Source: Limisphaerales bacterium (GTDB lineage: Bacteria; Verrucomicrobiota; Verrucomicrobiia; Limisphaerales; JAJOIW01). Taken from it: a stretch of 64,000 bases of DNA. The notes beneath the pieces are model-generated. The model did not search any database. It was not told the DNA's origin and was given only the letters and a program-made list of their open reading frames with translations. The translations under genes and the position numbers were made by a program. How positions within the stretch are numbered: the stretch's first letter is position 1; each line of letters opens with the position of its first letter. Shown here piece after piece: positions 62,005-64,000 of the stretch. The stretch covers positions 43,795 through 107,794 of the forward strand of contig CBFHOE010000010.1 in NCBI GenBank assembly GCA_965657355.1, read 5' to 3'.

Positions 62005-63453
62005 ATGAATAGCCTACTTTTTGAATCGCCTATGGATACCGAAATTATTGAAGATCGGAAAAAAACTGATACTCGCGAAAAAGCTCTGAGAGTTAATCTG
62101 GACTCAGCTAAATACGGTGCCTTCGCAGAAATCGGCGCAGGTCAGGAGGTCGCTAGACACTTCTTTAAAGTCGGCGGAGCCGCAGGAACAGTGGCAAAAA
62201 CCATGTCCGCCTATGATATGACTGTGTCAGATTCTATCTATGGTCCATGCCAAAGATATGTCAGCAGAGAACGACTCGAAGACATGCTTAAGCACGAATA
62301 TGACCTTCTTATTGAGCGCCTGAGAGAATCAAGAGGCAAAGATTCTCATTTTTTCGCCTTCGCAGACACTGTAAAAGCCAAAAGTTATATGGCTAATGAC
62401 AATAGTCACGGTTGGATGGGTATTACGTTCCAGTCCGATGCAGGAGCTGAACCATCAACCATTATCCTTCACGTAACAATGTGGGATAACACAAACCTAC
62501 AACAACAAGAAGCCTTGGGAATTTTAGGCGTAAATCTCATTCATGGCGCCCTCTATTATAAAAATGACGCTTCGCGAGTCGTGCGTGGTCTTCTCGATAA
62601 CCTCAATAGTAAGAGAGTCGAAGTAGACCTAATCCACTTTTCGGGCCCAGATTACCCTCAGCTAGATAACAGACTCATGGCCTTGGAGCTGGTGGAAAAT
62701 GGACTATCCAACGCGGCTACCTTTAATGCAAATGGTGAGGTCGTTCAACCGGCAGAGCTCCTGTATAAAAAAGCCGTTCTGGTAGAAAGAGGAAGCTTCA
62801 GGCCAATAACGAAAGCAACCATGGACATGATTAAGGCTGCTAAGTCTCAATTCATTCAAGAGCCAACTGTTGAAAATGAGCCTGTGGTTGTTCTCATAGA
62901 AATGACATTACATAATTTAACCGATGCAGGAACTATTGATCATTCAGACTTCCTGAGCAGAGCTGATATGCTCAATGCCCTTGGCCACAATGTCATGATT
63001 TCAAATTACGGCACTTTTCATCGCCTGGCGGCTTTTCTCTTTCAGCATACCAAAAAAATGATCGGGCTTGTCCTAGGCGTTCCTAGCCTGAGAGAAATTT
63101 TTGACCCTAAATATTACACAGACCTTGAGGGTGGCATTCTAGAATCATTCGGTAGATTATTTAAGAATGACCTAAAACTTTATATTTACCCTCAATTAGG
63201 AAAAATCCAAGGTTCCTTGATCACTGCAGGTAACCTCAGAGTTGCTCCAAATCTGAGGCACCTCTACGCTTACCTCCTCGAAAATCAATACATTCATGGA
63301 TTGAGGGACATCGATGAATCGTGCCTCCCCCATTACTCAAGAGATGCCCTGGCTAAAATAGCAAAAGGAGATGACTCTTGGGAAAATATGGTACCCGAAC
63401 TCGTCGCTAAAATGATCAAAGATAACAGATCGTTCGGCTACACACCGAAATAA
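62005..63453 (+). CDS. Conserved soluble protein with nucleotidyltransferase-like C-terminal half (start possibly ATG 62032)
   Basis: YGAFAEIGAGQEVAR, QQEALGILGVNL, RGSFRPIT, GGILESFG; no signal peptide. Confidence 0.75.
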   Translation: MNSLLFESPMDTEIIEDRKKTDTREKALRVNLDSAKYGAFAEIGAGQEVARHFFKVGGAAGTVAKTMSAYDMTVSDSIYGPCQRYVSRERLEDMLKHEYDLLIERLRESRGKDSHFFAFADTVKAKSYMANDNSHGWMGITFQSDAGAEPSTIILHVTMWDNTNLQQQEALGILGVNLIHGALYYKNDASRVVRGLLDNLNSKRVEVDLIHFSGPDYPQLDNRLMALELVENGLSNAATFNANGEVVQPAELLYKKAVLVERGSFRPITKATMDMIKAAKSQFIQEPTVENEPVVVLIEMTLHNLTDAGTIDHSDFLSRADMLNALGHNVMISNYGTFHRLAAFLFQHTKKMIGLVLGVPSLREIFDPKYYTDLEGGILESFGRLFKNDLKLYIYPQLGKIQGSLITAGNLRVAPNLRHLYAYLLENQYIHGLRDIDESCLPHYSRDALAKIAKGDDSWENMVPELVAKMIKDNRSFGYTPK

Positions 63454-63550
63454 TACCAACAATCATTTCCTTAAAGCATAATTTATAATACATTGTGTCT
63501 GGCACATATTTGTTGACATTCAGCGTTATTTCTTTCATTTTCTTTATATT

Positions 63551-64000
63551 ATGAGAATCCCTCGTTCCCTTTTGGTCTCCGATTCCAATCCGCAGGTCTT
63601 TCATGTCATCAGCCGCGTTGTCGATAAAAGATTTATCTTCCAGGACAAAGAAAAGGCCTTTTTCCTTTTCCTCATGAGAAGCTTCGAATCTTATTCGGGA
63701 CTGCAGGTCCTTTCCTATTGCCTGATGGGCAACCATTTCCACCTCCTCCTTCACGTCCCAGCTAAGCCCAAGAATATCTCAAAAGATGAAATCAGACGAA
63801 GAATGACATTTATTTACAGTCAGAAAAAGATCGCCGAGTTTGATGCACTCATCCAACAAATGAAGGATAATGGAGTAGACCATTTCGAAGAAGAATTCTA
63901 TCAAAAACAAAGGGCTCGTATGCACGACCTCTCCAGTTACGTCAAAGAGCTCAAGGAGAGGTTTACAAAGTGGTATAACAAAAGAACAGATCGCTCAGGC
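63551..64000 (+). mobile_element. Y1 HUH transposase (IS200/RAYT-like), truncated by the right edge
   Basis: Not in the ORF track. Manual translation: MRIPRSLLVSDSNPQVFHVISRVVDK...SYCLMGNHFHLLLHVP...MHDLSSYVKELKERFTKWYNKRTDRSG. Confidence 0.88.

Noticed and set aside
63416..63754. 112-aa minus-strand ORF
   Set aside because: Antisense shadow of the plus-strand transposase, which has clear HUH motifs.

Overview
Gene-dense bacterial chromosomal window, most genes on the minus strand. Gene content (DUF1501 with DUF1549/DUF1553 cytochrome c, an OmcB-like DUF11 protein, Ig/LamG secreted proteins) points to the PVC superphylum, probably Verrucomicrobiota; this is an inference. Blocks: (1) 1-16.6 kb, a co-oriented run with a 3768-aa mosaic secreted protein (LamG, Ig, L- and C-type lectin, propeller domains, a pure (GAT)25 poly-Asp tract), a multi-Ig protein, a DUF1549/DUF1553 cytochrome and DUF1501. 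(2) 17.7-33 kb, envelope genes (DUF481, OmcB-like, BON/OmpA, Mla/MCE transporter, IPT/TIG, TPR). (3) 33-47.5 kb, hydrolases and housekeeping genes (scpA, extended scpB, pheA, GAF class III cyclase, tig, phosphoesterase). (4) 47.6-60.3 kb, a Pel exopolysaccharide operon with PelB apparently split in two and no pelC. (5) 60.7-64 kb, a GGQ ribosome-rescue factor, a conserved protein and a Y1/RAYT transposase cut by the edge. Best novelty candidates: a shared ~70-aa C-terminal domain on three different secreted proteins (possible sorting signal) and the non-canonical Pel export apparatus. No tRNA, rRNA or CRISPR array was recognised. All family calls come from motifs read by eye, not database searches.
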